Below, piece by piece: positions 1 to 8,433 of a DNA stretch of 64,000 nucleotides (within the stretch, counting starts at the first letter, position 1; each line of letters begins with the position of its first letter). Location of the stretch: positions 24,907-88,906 of the forward strand of contig CAZMEZ010000004.1 in the NCBI GenBank assembly GCA_964565425.1. Reading direction: 5' to 3'. The DNA comes from an uncultured Planctomycetia bacterium. GTDB taxonomy: Bacteria > Omnitrophota > Gorgyraeia > Tantalellales > Tantalellaceae. Both the position numbers and the translations under genes were made by a program. The notes beneath the pieces were generated by a model that saw only the letters and a list, made by a program, of their open reading frames with translations, did not search any database and was not told the DNA's origin.

Positions 1-709
1 GGCGGCTTCGTCCGGGAACGTGCAGACCATACACGATAACGCTCAGGCGGCCGATCCCGCGCTGAAAGAACACCTCAGTTATGACCGGTACGGGAGGTAC
101 GGCCTTATTGACCATTTCCTCGGACGCGGGACGGACATCAGGTCTTTTTCCGGGTGTTCTTACCGGGAAGCCGGCGATTTCGTGAACGCGAAATACGGGT
201 TCGAGATCAATAAAAAGAATAAAGGCGTATCCGTTAACATGAAGAGAGAAGGCAGGGTCGATTCGTCCCGCATCTATATCGAGAAAGAGATCACCCTGCC
301 CAAAAAAGGTTCTTATTTCAGCGTCGATTATCTTATCGCCAACAGGGAGAGCGGTTCCGTTGAACTCCTTTTCGCTCCGGAATTCAACGTTACTATGCCG
401 GACTGCGATTCCGACCAGTACACCCTTGTCGCGGGGGAGAAGACCGTTCTCGGCCACCTGAGTGACCTGGTCGAAGAAAAGAGGACAGGCGGGATTCGGA
501 TAAAGGACGGTAAGGGGTTCTTTTCCTGGCAGATGAGCTTCAGCGATGATTGCATCCTCTGGCATTTTCCGGTCAAGACCGTATCCCAGTCCGAAAAGGC
601 CTATGAGCTGAATTATCAAAGCTCGGCCATAGTACCCGTGTTCTGTTTCAGGCTGGGGCCGGGGGAGGAGAAGAAGATCGGTCTCCGTTTTGATCTTGAT
701 CTGGGCTAG
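1..709 (+). CDS. Partial CDS running in from upstream (3' part); glycogen/GH57-context protein of unknown domain
   Basis: Frame 2 is open from nt 2 with no upstream stop, so the GTG at 20 is only an internal candidate start. Stop at 707-709. Lies next to the DUF4912 and GH57 branching-enzyme genes. No catalytic motif is recognisable in this fragment. Confidence 0.4.
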   Translation, partial: AASSGNVQTIHDNAQAADPALKEHLSYDRYGRYGLIDHFLGRGTDIRSFSGCSYREAGDFVNAKYGFEINKKNKGVSVNMKREGRVDSSRIYIEKEITLPKKGSYFSVDYLIANRESGSVELLFAPEFNVTMPDCDSDQYTLVAGEKTVLGHLSDLVEEKRTGGIRIKDGKGFFSWQMSFSDDCILWHFPVKTVSQSEKAYELNYQSSAIVPVFCFRLGPGEEKKIGLRFDLDLG

Positions 710-808
710 ACCGTTACGAGGTACCCTGCGGGGCCGGCTTTGTAATAGAGACTAAAAAGAAAGCCTGGGCGGGGAGGCCGATAACTGGTTTATATAAAAA
801 GATTTCAG

Positions 809-838
809 TTGACATAAGCGAATGCGCGGCGTTAAAAT
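809..838 (+). promoter_or_regulatory. Candidate sigma70 promoter (TTGACA-17 bp-TTAAAA/TAAAAT) upstream of the DUF4912/GH57 genes
   Basis: TTGACA at 809-814, a 17-nt spacer, then ttaaaat at 832-838. Sits about 70 nt upstream of the ATG at 910 in an AT-rich intergenic region. Confidence 0.3.
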
Positions 839-909
839 TCTATTTGCGGGTAAACGATAATAACCCATAAGATATACACGAGTAAAAGTTATCATAACCG
901 GGAGTGGGG

Positions 910-1563
910 ATGGAAAACTCTTTTTCGCAAGCGGGTTCTTCGCCGCATGGACGGGACGCGGGGCCGGCTTCAAGCAAGACTTTTTTGGTGAAGGACGCGA
1001 CATTTTCGATACCTCAGGGATACGGCGACAGTAAGGCGGTCCTCATGGTAAGGGATCCCTGGACCATCTTCGCTTACTGGGAGATCAAAAAAGAGGCCGA
1101 AGACAGGGTAAGGGAAGAGATAAAAAGCAGGGGGCTTACGGTTTCAAAAAGTCTGCTGCGAGTTTATGACGTTACCGGTATCGACCATGACAGCTGTTCG
1201 AATATAGCGCACGACTTCGAGCTCATGGATTTCGCCGACAGCTGGTACGTTCACGGTAAACCCGCGAGGGAGTGGGTCGCCGACATCGGCATATTGTGCA
1301 CTAATGGGGAGTTTTTCCGTCTTGTCAGGACGAACGTTGTCAGGACGCCTTCCAACCGCATATCCGACATCATCGACGAAGAATGGATGTGCCCCGAAGA
1401 CCTTTATCACAAGATGTTCCAGGTCTCTAAAGGCGTAGGCAAGAGTTCGCTCGGCATAAAAGAGCTCATAGAACGTTACCTGCGTAAATGGTTGTTCTCC
1501 GGCGGCGTAAGCTCCGGGCAGTTTGGCAGCGCTAGCTTTTTTATGGGCAGGAAGAAGAAGTAG
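910..1563 (+). CDS. DUF4912 domain protein (partner of GH57 glycogen branching enzymes)
   Basis: The ORF track starts it at a GTG at 904. The ATG at 910 with a GGGAG ribosome-binding site 7 nt upstream is preferred. The W/Y-rich core (DPWTIFAYWEI..DFADSWYVHGKPAREW) is typical of DUF4912. Sits immediately upstream of GH57 with a 2-nt gap. Confidence 0.55.
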   Translation: MENSFSQAGSSPHGRDAGPASSKTFLVKDATFSIPQGYGDSKAVLMVRDPWTIFAYWEIKKEAEDRVREEIKSRGLTVSKSLLRVYDVTGIDHDSCSNIAHDFELMDFADSWYVHGKPAREWVADIGILCTNGEFFRLVRTNVVRTPSNRISDIIDEEWMCPEDLYHKMFQVSKGVGKSSLGIKELIERYLRKWLFSGGVSSGQFGSASFFMGRKKK

Positions 1564-1565
1564 TT

Positions 1566-3149
1566 ATGGCAAAAGGCTATTTAGCGCTGGTACTGCACGC
1601 ACACCTGCCTTTCATCAGGCATCCCGAACACGAGACCTTTCTCGAGGAAAACTGGCTGTTCGAGGCCATCACCGACACTTACATCCCGCTCATCAACGCC
1701 TTCGATAGGCTGGTCAATGACGGCGTAGATTTCCGCATAACCGTATCGCTCAGCCCCACTCTGATATGCATGATGAAGGACGAGCTTCTCGTGCAGAGGT
1801 ATCTCAATCATCTGGAAAAGATGATCAAGCTGGCCGATATGGAGGTCGAGAGAACGCGAGGCGATGAAAGGCTCCACCGGTTGGCCGTCATGTACAGCCA
1901 GCGGTTCAGGGACGCAAGGCAGGTCTTTACGGAAAAATACGGGTATGATCTTGTTTCCGCGTTCAAGAAGTTCCAGGACCTCGGAAAGGTAGAAGTAATA
2001 ACGTGCTGCGCTACCCATGGATATCTCCCGTTCATGGACCTCTACAAACCCGCGATACGGGCCCAGGTCAAGACCGCCGTAGATGTTTATAAGGAAACGT
2101 TCGGTACCGTGCCGAAGGGGATATGGCTTCCCGAATGCGCGTATCATCCGGGACATGACGATATCCTGGCCGAGTTCGGCATAAGGTATTTCTTCGTCGA
2201 GACCCACGGGGTCCTCTTCGCGACCCCCAGGCCCAAATACGGCGTCCACAGCCCCTGCCTTTGCAAGTCGGGTGTAGCCGTTTTCGGAAGGGATATGGAA
2301 AGTTCCAAGGCGGTATGGAGTTCGAAAGAAGGATACCCGGGGGATTATAATTACCGCGAATATTACCGTGATATAGGGTTCGATCTTGAATATGATTACG
2401 TAAAGCCCTTCATAAACGGCTGCGGGACGCGGGTGAACGTCGGGATAAAGTATCACAGGATAACCGGCGATACCGATCACAAGGATGTTTACGACAGGGA
2501 CGCCGCTCTCAGGACGGCTGCCGACCATGCCGGCAATTTCATGTTCAACAGGGAAAAGCAGGTCGAGCATCTCGGGGGAATAATGGACAGGTTGCCCATA
2601 ATAGTTTCGCCTTATGACGCCGAGCTTTTCGGGCACTGGTGGTTCGAAGGTCCCGAATGGCTTGAATACCTTTTCAGGAAGATGCATTATGACCAGGACA
2701 CCGTCAAGACCATAACCCCGGGCGAATACCTGAAGATATACGACAGGTACCAGGTCGTAACGCCCGCGATGTCAAGCTGGGGCTACAAAGGTTACGGCGA
2801 GGTATGGCTGGACGGGTGTAACGACTGGATATACAAGCATCTTCATAAGATAGCGGAACTCATGACAGCCGCTGTCAGGGATTATAACGCGCCCACGGAA
2901 CTAGAGGACAAGGTGCTGAAACAGATGGCAAGAGAACTGCTTCTGGCGCAATCGAGTGACTGGGCGTTCATAATGAAGACGGGCACGTTCACCGAGTACG
3001 CCGTCAAGAGGACGGTGAACCACGTAGGAAGGTTCCTTGCCCTGCACGAACAGCTCAGGAACGGTAAGATAGACATGGGACTGCTTACCGATGCGGAGAG
3101 CAAGGACAGTGTTTTCAGGAACATCGATTACAGCGTGTACGCTGGGTAA
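1566..3149 (+). CDS. Glycoside hydrolase family 57 1,4-alpha-glucan branching enzyme
   Basis: 527 aa. The N-terminus YLALVLHAHLPFIRHPE is the GH57 signature, with ECAYHPG and WWFEGPEWL motifs. The antisense ORF 1581-2687 is a high-GC shadow. Confidence 0.8.
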   Translation: MAKGYLALVLHAHLPFIRHPEHETFLEENWLFEAITDTYIPLINAFDRLVNDGVDFRITVSLSPTLICMMKDELLVQRYLNHLEKMIKLADMEVERTRGDERLHRLAVMYSQRFRDARQVFTEKYGYDLVSAFKKFQDLGKVEVITCCATHGYLPFMDLYKPAIRAQVKTAVDVYKETFGTVPKGIWLPECAYHPGHDDILAEFGIRYFFVETHGVLFATPRPKYGVHSPCLCKSGVAVFGRDMESSKAVWSSKEGYPGDYNYREYYRDIGFDLEYDYVKPFINGCGTRVNVGIKYHRITGDTDHKDVYDRDAALRTAADHAGNFMFNREKQVEHLGGIMDRLPIIVSPYDAELFGHWWFEGPEWLEYLFRKMHYDQDTVKTITPGEYLKIYDRYQVVTPAMSSWGYKGYGEVWLDGCNDWIYKHLHKIAELMTAAVRDYNAPTELEDKVLKQMARELLLAQSSDWAFIMKTGTFTEYAVKRTVNHVGRFLALHEQLRNGKIDMGLLTDAESKDSVFRNIDYSVYAG

Positions 3150-3176
3150 AAAAACAGATATGAAAGGAAGGGGAAA

Positions 3177-3449
3177 ATGATAAAGAAGATAGCGAAAAGA
3201 CTTGCGAACAGGTCTTCCGCCGGTTCCAGCAAGGGCACCTGCAAGAAAGCCGCCACGAGCATGACAAAATCTTCCTCCAAGGCCAAGAAATCGACCTCGA
3301 GGAGAAAGAAGGTCAGCTGGGAGGAGTGGAACACCCTGATAGCCCAGAAGGCTTACGAGATATTCGAAAAAAGGGGCTATTCTCACGGTAACGATCAGAC
3401 GGACTGGTACGAAGCCGAAAAGATGGTCAGCAAGACCTACAAAGTCTGA
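3177..3449 (+). CDS. DUF2934-like small protein with Lys/Ser-rich basic N-terminal tail
   Basis: 90 aa. The C-terminal segment HGNDQTDWYEAEKMV matches the conserved D-W-x-EAE core of DUF2934. The N-terminus is K/S/R-rich and histone-tail-like. GGAAGGGG ribosome-binding site upstream. Confidence 0.5.
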   Translation: MIKKIAKRLANRSSAGSSKGTCKKAATSMTKSSSKAKKSTSRRKKVSWEEWNTLIAQKAYEIFEKRGYSHGNDQTDWYEAEKMVSKTYKV

Positions 3450-3483
3450 CAAGATCCCGTAAAGTAGCTGTTTGAAGAGACTC

Positions 3484-3522
3484 GGGCAGAGGCCCCGCGG
3501 GCTTCTGCCCTGTCTGTTTTTT
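3484..3522 (+). terminator. Rho-independent terminator after the DUF2934 gene
   Basis: GC-rich hairpin gggcagaggcc..ggcttctgccc followed by tgtctgtttttt. Confidence 0.6.
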
Positions 3523-3542
3523 AACCGGAAAGGACGCATGTT

Positions 3543-4808
3543 ATGGCAATGCCGTCCAAAGAAGTGTTGTGCGTTATCCTCGGGGGAGGAAGAGGCTCCA
3601 GACTCTACCCCCTGACGAAGGAGAGATGCAAGCCCGCGGCGCCTCTCTTCGGGAAATACCGCCTTATAGACATACCCGTAAGTAATTGCCTTAATTCCGG
3701 GTTCAACCGGATATATATTCTCACCCAATTTCTGTCTGAATCCCTGAACAAGCATGTGAACAGGACCTACAAGATGGATCCCTTTTCGAGGGGGTTCATC
3801 GAAATAATCGCCGCAGAACAGTCGATGGAGGACACGGAATGGTTCCAGGGGACCGCCGACGCCGTGAGAAGGTGTCTTAAACACTTCAACGATCCGGCCA
3901 TAAAATACATCCTGGTTCTCTCGGGGGACCAGTTGTACAAAATGGACCTGAGGGAGATGTTCTATTATCATATTCAGAAAGAAGCCGAGGTCACGGTGGC
4001 CTGCAATCCCGTTTCAGCCGATGATGTCTCCCACTTCGGGATAATGGGGATAGGAGAGAACAATCGTATAAACAGGTTCATGGAAAAGCCCAAAGATCTG
4101 GAGCCCATAAAGGACCTGGAGATCAGAAAGGACGGAAAAAACTATTATCTCGGTTCCATGGGCATATATCTTTTCAACAAGACCACGCTTGTGGAGCTTC
4201 TCGAGAAAGACAAGAAGGTCGATTTCGGAAAAGAGATAATCCCGGAAGCGATAAAGACCAAATCGACGTCCGCGTTCCTTTTTGAGGGATACTGGCGCGA
4301 CATAGGCACGATCAAGTCTTTCTACGAAGAGAACCTCTCGCTCACGAAGGCCATACCCCCGCTCGACATGTTCGACGAGAGGTGGCTTATATTCACCAGG
4401 CCGAGATACCTTTGTCCCGCGAAATTCGAGGATAGCTGCATAGAGAGGAGTATAGTGGCGGAGGGCGCCATTATACTTTCAGCGAAGATATTACATTCCA
4501 TAATAGGCTTGAGGTTCCGAGTGAACAGCAGTTCCACCATAGAGGATACCATAGCGATGGGATCTGATTATTACGAGACGGTAGAGGAGATAGACGAAAG
4601 GGCGTCCAAAGGATTGCCCCCGCTCGGAGCGGGGAAAGACTGCCTCATAAGAAAGGCCATACTGGACAAGAACGTCAGGATAGGCGATAACGTCAGGATA
4701 ATAAACACCGAGAACAGGGAAAACTACGACGGACCGAACTATTTCATAAGGGATGGTATCGTAATAATCCCCAAGGGAGAGGTTATCCCTTCGGGGACGG
4801 TGATATAG
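3543..4808 (+). CDS. glgC: Glucose-1-phosphate adenylyltransferase
   Basis: 421 aa. Has the N-terminal LGGGRGSRLYPLT nucleotidyltransferase motif and a C-terminal left-handed beta-helix region. Sits in glycogen context with GH57. Confidence 0.85.
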   Translation: MAMPSKEVLCVILGGGRGSRLYPLTKERCKPAAPLFGKYRLIDIPVSNCLNSGFNRIYILTQFLSESLNKHVNRTYKMDPFSRGFIEIIAAEQSMEDTEWFQGTADAVRRCLKHFNDPAIKYILVLSGDQLYKMDLREMFYYHIQKEAEVTVACNPVSADDVSHFGIMGIGENNRINRFMEKPKDLEPIKDLEIRKDGKNYYLGSMGIYLFNKTTLVELLEKDKKVDFGKEIIPEAIKTKSTSAFLFEGYWRDIGTIKSFYEENLSLTKAIPPLDMFDERWLIFTRPRYLCPAKFEDSCIERSIVAEGAIILSAKILHSIIGLRFRVNSSSTIEDTIAMGSDYYETVEEIDERASKGLPPLGAGKDCLIRKAILDKNVRIGDNVRIINTENRENYDGPNYFIRDGIVIIPKGEVIPSGTVI

Positions 4809-4825
4809 CGCGATGTTGTGTGACG

Positions 4826-4922
4826 CTTTTGTCGTCCGTCGTCCGTCGTTCGAATTTCGGTACAGTTGGCACTTATCGCAGAGTGTAACACGGCATTCGG
4901 ATCCCGAACGACGAACGACGTA
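4826..4922. repeat. Heptamer-array stem-loop element (gtcgtcc x3 ... cgaacga x2, inverted)
   Basis: Left arm gtcgtccgtcgtccgtcgttcg at 4831-4852. Right arm cgaacgacgaacgacg at 4905-4920 is its reverse complement. A roughly 52-nt loop separates them. Same family as 8341-8425 and 62023-62052. Confidence 0.6.
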
Positions 4923-4936
4923 AATTAGAATAACTC

Positions 4937-5512
4937 ATGAAAATACTGGGAATTTGCGGAAGTCCGAGAAAGAACGGTAATACGGAGACGCTTCTGGACA
5001 AGGCTCTTGAAGGAGCGGCCGCGTCCGGCGCCGAGACCGAAAAGGTTACAATAAGCGATCTTGATATATCGCCCATACGCGACCGGGAGTATGAGGAAGT
5101 TAACAGTGAAGGGCTTTCCGTGGTGGAAGACGATCTGAATCTCCTGATCAAAAAGATCCAGGGAGCCGATGCCGTGATAATGGCTTCACCGGTGTTCTTC
5201 GGGAGTCTTTCAACGCAAGCCAAAATGATGATCGACCGTTTTCAGTGCGTCTGGCTCGCGAAGAACATCCTGAAAAAAGACATATTCCCGGCAAGAAAGA
5301 AGGGCGCCTTCATATGCGTGGAAGCGACGGACCGGGATGATTTTTTCCAGAACGCGAAGGCCATAATCCGGCATTTTTTCGCTACCGTGAACATCGAATA
5401 CGGAGAAGAACTTTTCTGCCCCGGGTGCGATAAAAAAGGGTCGGTGCTTAAGCGCGCCGAGTGTCTCGAAAAGGCTTCAGAGCTCGGGAAAACCCTGGCG
5501 CCCGCCGCGTAA
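4937..5512 (+). CDS. Flavodoxin-like fold NAD(P)H-dependent FMN reductase / iron-sulfur flavoprotein family
   Basis: The N-terminus MKILGICGSPRKNGNTE is typical of the NADPH-dependent FMN reductase / flavodoxin_2 family. The C-terminus has a CPGC pair. Confidence 0.6.
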   Translation: MKILGICGSPRKNGNTETLLDKALEGAAASGAETEKVTISDLDISPIRDREYEEVNSEGLSVVEDDLNLLIKKIQGADAVIMASPVFFGSLSTQAKMMIDRFQCVWLAKNILKKDIFPARKKGAFICVEATDRDDFFQNAKAIIRHFFATVNIEYGEELFCPGCDKKGSVLKRAECLEKASELGKTLAPAA

Positions 5513-5551
5513 CGACAAAAACGCTTATTTTTTAAAAACCCGAAAAGGAGC

Positions 5552-6610
5552 ATGGACCTAATAACGGGTATCATAAAAGAAGCGTATTTCCTCCTGAACA
5601 AGATGTCCCCGTACCTCTTGTTCGGTTATCTTTTTGCCGGGATACTTCACGCTTTTATAAACACGGAAACCGTCGGCCGGCATCTCGGCAGCCGTTCCTT
5701 TTTGTCCGTGATCAAAGCTTCCCTTTTCGGTATCCCGCTGCCGCTCTGTTCCTGCGGCGTATTGCCGGCAGCCGTATCCCTCAGGAAACAGGGGGCGAGC
5801 AAGGGGGCCATCCTTTCATTCCTCATATCCACGCCAACGACCGGAGTGGATTCGATATTCGCGACGTATTCACTGCTGGGCGGTTTTTTTACGGTGTACA
5901 GGGTCATTGCTTCATTTGTCGCCGGTGTCTTTTCGGGAATACTGGCCAACCTGTTCCTGGACGAGGATCCCGCCGAGGGGCGGGAGGAAGAGAAAAAATG
6001 CAAATTTTGCGGTGAATCGGCGCCGCACCATCATACCGCCGCCCACAGGATAAAAGGCATGTTCGGTTACGCTTTCGGCGAACTCCTCGAGGATTCGGGA
6101 AGCTGGATCATCATGGGCGTGTTGATAGGGGGGCTGATATCCTATTTTCTCCCGGAAGAGTTCATACATACTTATCTCGGGACGGGATGGAAGGCCATGG
6201 TCGTGATGCTCATAGTCGGCATCCCGATGTACGTGTGCGCCAGCGGATCCATACCGATCGCGGTGGCGCTCATGCTGAAAGGCATGAACCCCGGAGCGGC
6301 GTTCGTTTTTCTCCTCGCGGGCCCCGCGACTAACGCCGTGGGGATGACGGTCGTTTCAAAGCAGATGGGGAAGAGGGCCCTAGCGCTGTATCTTTCATCG
6401 ATAGTGATCTCGAGCCTGGTGCTGGGCGGCCTGCTTGACATGACCTGGAATATCTTCAATAAGGAAGGGTTGAAGCATATCATGGAACACCAGGAGTTCA
6501 TGCCGGACTGGATCGGCATAGCTTCTTCCGTTGTCCTGGCCTCGTTGATACTTTACAACATGTTCAAGGTAAGGCTGACGCGACGGAAGCGCGCGCATAT
6601 GCACAATTGA
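5552..6610 (+). CDS. Predicted permease (UPF0718/DUF318-like) with Cys/His-rich cytoplasmic loop
   Basis: Polytopic membrane protein. Has the GIPLPLCSCGVLP motif characteristic of the DUF318 permeases. The central loop CKFCGESAPHHH suggests metal binding. Confidence 0.5.
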   Translation: MDLITGIIKEAYFLLNKMSPYLLFGYLFAGILHAFINTETVGRHLGSRSFLSVIKASLFGIPLPLCSCGVLPAAVSLRKQGASKGAILSFLISTPTTGVDSIFATYSLLGGFFTVYRVIASFVAGVFSGILANLFLDEDPAEGREEEKKCKFCGESAPHHHTAAHRIKGMFGYAFGELLEDSGSWIIMGVLIGGLISYFLPEEFIHTYLGTGWKAMVVMLIVGIPMYVCASGSIPIAVALMLKGMNPGAAFVFLLAGPATNAVGMTVVSKQMGKRALALYLSSIVISSLVLGGLLDMTWNIFNKEGLKHIMEHQEFMPDWIGIASSVVLASLILYNMFKVRLTRRKRAHMHN

Positions 6611-6617
6611 ATGGGGG

Positions 6618-7139
6618 ATGGCGATGAAGGCGCTTATCGTGATGGACATGCTCAATGATTTTATCGATGAGAAGGGACCGTTGTATTGCGGCGAAGAGAG
6701 CAGGGAGATGGTCCCTTTTATCGGCAAAAAGATAGAAGAATACCGGCGTTCCGGAGATAAGGTCATCTATGTGTGCGACGCGCACGCCCCGGACGATAAG
6801 GAATTCCGTATGTTCGCCGGCCACGCCGTGAAAGGGACGAAAGGGGCGCAGGTCATTGAGGCCCTGAAGCCGGGGGCATCGGATGTGGTCATCGAGAAGA
6901 CCACGGTAAAACCTTTTTACGGGACCGGGCTGGAAAGTGCCCTTGAAGAAATAAAGCCCGAAGAGGTCGGCGTAGTGGGCGTATGCACGTCGATCTGCAT
7001 CATGGAAGTGGTGAGCGAGTTGAGGGTAAGGGGATATAAGACGGTCGTGTATCGCGAAGGCGTAGCCGATTTTGACAAAAAAGCCCATGAGTTCGCTCTC
7101 GCGCGCATGGAGAAGGTGTACGGGGCGATTGTTGAGTGA
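6618..7139 (+). CDS. Isochorismatase-family hydrolase, probable nicotinamidase
   Basis: Has the isochorismatase fold motifs: Asp in MDMLNDF, a Lys in EKTTVKPFYGT, and a Cys in VGVCTSICIME. Adjacency to a nicotinate phosphoribosyltransferase favours PncA-like function. Confidence 0.6.
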   Translation: MAMKALIVMDMLNDFIDEKGPLYCGEESREMVPFIGKKIEEYRRSGDKVIYVCDAHAPDDKEFRMFAGHAVKGTKGAQVIEALKPGASDVVIEKTTVKPFYGTGLESALEEIKPEEVGVVGVCTSICIMEVVSELRVRGYKTVVYREGVADFDKKAHEFALARMEKVYGAIVE

Positions 7140-7262
7140 TGGGTGATGAGTGATGGGCAAGGCGCTGGGCGCGAGGCGCTAGTGATAAGTGATATGTAAT
7201 ACGTGATACGTACTGGGGACTGGCAACTGGGGACTGGGGACTTTTCTTGTGACTTGCAACTA
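7140..7262. repeat. Intergenic heptamer-repeat module (gtgataN x5 then ggggact/ggcaact x4)
   Basis: gtgataagtgatatgtaatacgtgatacgtac at 7182-7213 followed by ggggactggcaactggggactggggac. The reverse complement of the ggggactggcaactgg module recurs at 59385-59415. Confidence 0.6.
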
Positions 7263-7272
7263 AAGGAACCGC

Positions 7273-8334
7273 ATGACAAAATGGCAATACGGGAAGAGAC
7301 TGAAGCCCTCGGTCTTTGATATACCCGTCAGGAAGATAAAGAGCGGGTGGTACAGCGACAAATATTTCGTCCGGACAAAAAAGATACTGGAAAAGGATAA
7401 TAATCACGCCCGGGCACTCATGCAGGTTTTCTGCAGGAAGGATGCCGTGGTATGCGGCCTTGACGAGGCCATAGCCGTACTTAAGCTTTGCGCCGGCAGG
7501 CCGAAAGAGCTCGTCATAAAGGCGCTGTACGACGGCGACAAGGTAAAGGCCGGCGATACGGTCATGACGATAGAGGGCGACTACGGCACTTTCGCGCATC
7601 TCGAAACGGTTTACCTGGGAGTAATAGCCAGACCGACCGCGGTCGCGACCGCTGTCAGAAAAGTGGTTAAGGCGGCAAAAGGGAAAAAAGTCCTGTTCTT
7701 CCCCGCCAGGTTCGATCACTACAGGGTGCAGACGACTGACGGGTATGCCGCTTTCATATCGGGCGCCCTGGGGGTGTCCACGGACGCGCAGGGCCTCTGG
7801 TGGGGGGAAAAGGGGCTGGGGACCGTGCCTCACGGGCTCATCGCGGCTTACGGCGGCGACACGGTAAAGGCCGCGGTCGCTTTCGACAAGTATATGCCGA
7901 AGGACATACAGAGGATAGTGCTCGTGGATTTCGAGAACGATTGCGTGGGGACATCGCTGGAGGTCGCCGAAGCTCTCGGCGACAGGTTGTGGGCGGTCCG
8001 GTTCGACACGGCCGAAGACGTCCGGGACGTGTCGGTCAAAGGCAAAGGAAAAGATTCGTACGGCGTGTGTCCCGAACTGGTTTTCCGGGCCAGAAAGGCC
8101 CTTGATGAACACGGTTATAAGAAAGTGAAGATAATAATCTCCAGCGGTTTTAACGAAGAAAAGATAAAAAGGTTCATAAGACTCAAGGTTCCCTTTGACG
8201 CGGTGGGCGTGGGGTCGGCCCTCATGCGCGAAAAGATAGATTTCACCGCCGACGTGGTCAAGGTCCACGGGAAGCCGCTCGCGAAGATAGGGAGGAAGTA
8301 TAATCCGAATCCGAGATTGAAGGTAGTGAGGTGA
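7273..8334 (+). CDS. Nicotinate phosphoribosyltransferase family protein (short, archaeal-type)
   Basis: 353 aa. N-terminal YSDKYF plus the NAPRTase-family barrel. The antisense ORF 7000-8268 is a shadow. Confidence 0.7.
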   Translation: MTKWQYGKRLKPSVFDIPVRKIKSGWYSDKYFVRTKKILEKDNNHARALMQVFCRKDAVVCGLDEAIAVLKLCAGRPKELVIKALYDGDKVKAGDTVMTIEGDYGTFAHLETVYLGVIARPTAVATAVRKVVKAAKGKKVLFFPARFDHYRVQTTDGYAAFISGALGVSTDAQGLWWGEKGLGTVPHGLIAAYGGDTVKAAVAFDKYMPKDIQRIVLVDFENDCVGTSLEVAEALGDRLWAVRFDTAEDVRDVSVKGKGKDSYGVCPELVFRARKALDEHGYKKVKIIISSGFNEEKIKRFIRLKVPFDAVGVGSALMREKIDFTADVVKVHGKPLAKIGRKYNPNPRLKVVR

Positions 8335-8340
8335 CGCGTG

Positions 8341-8425
8341 ACGGTTCCGTCGTTCGTCGTTCGAAATTCGGACACTAATTACAAAGCGTAATGCGATATT
8401 CGAACCCCGAACGACGGACGACTAG
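8341..8425. repeat. Heptamer-array stem-loop element (cgtcgtt x2 ... cgaacga, inverted), homologous to 4826-4922
   Basis: Arm ccgtcgttcgtcgttcg at 8347-8363 faces cgaacgacggacgac at 8408-8422. The internal motif gatattcgaaccccgaacgacg is shared with 62023-62048. Confidence 0.6.
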
Positions 8426-8433
8426 CTTGAACC

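Noticed and set aside
20-709. Treating 20-709 as a complete 229-aa gene starting at GTG 20
   Set aside because: The frame is open back to nt 2 with no stop, so the gene almost certainly starts upstream of the window. It is reported as a partial CDS instead.
1581-2687. Long minus-strand ORFs (1581-2687, 2901-3971, 7000-8268, 10750-11460, 12604-13905, 22032-23225, 33404-34648, 34980-35960, 46496-47689 and others) in the six-frame track
   Set aside because: Each lies antisense to a + strand gene with clear family motifs, such as the GH57 signature, the NAPRTase fold, the PRTase motif, the PP-loop SGGKDS motif, Rossmann GGSGFLGSH, or ABC Walker motifs. High GC content produces such shadow ORFs. 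None has a recognisable domain or a ribosome-binding site.
4871-4886. TGGCAC at 4871 as a second sigma-54 promoter
   Set aside because: No GC/TTGC element sits at the required -12 spacing (tggcacttatcgcag). The hexamer lies inside the loop of the heptamer stem-loop element.
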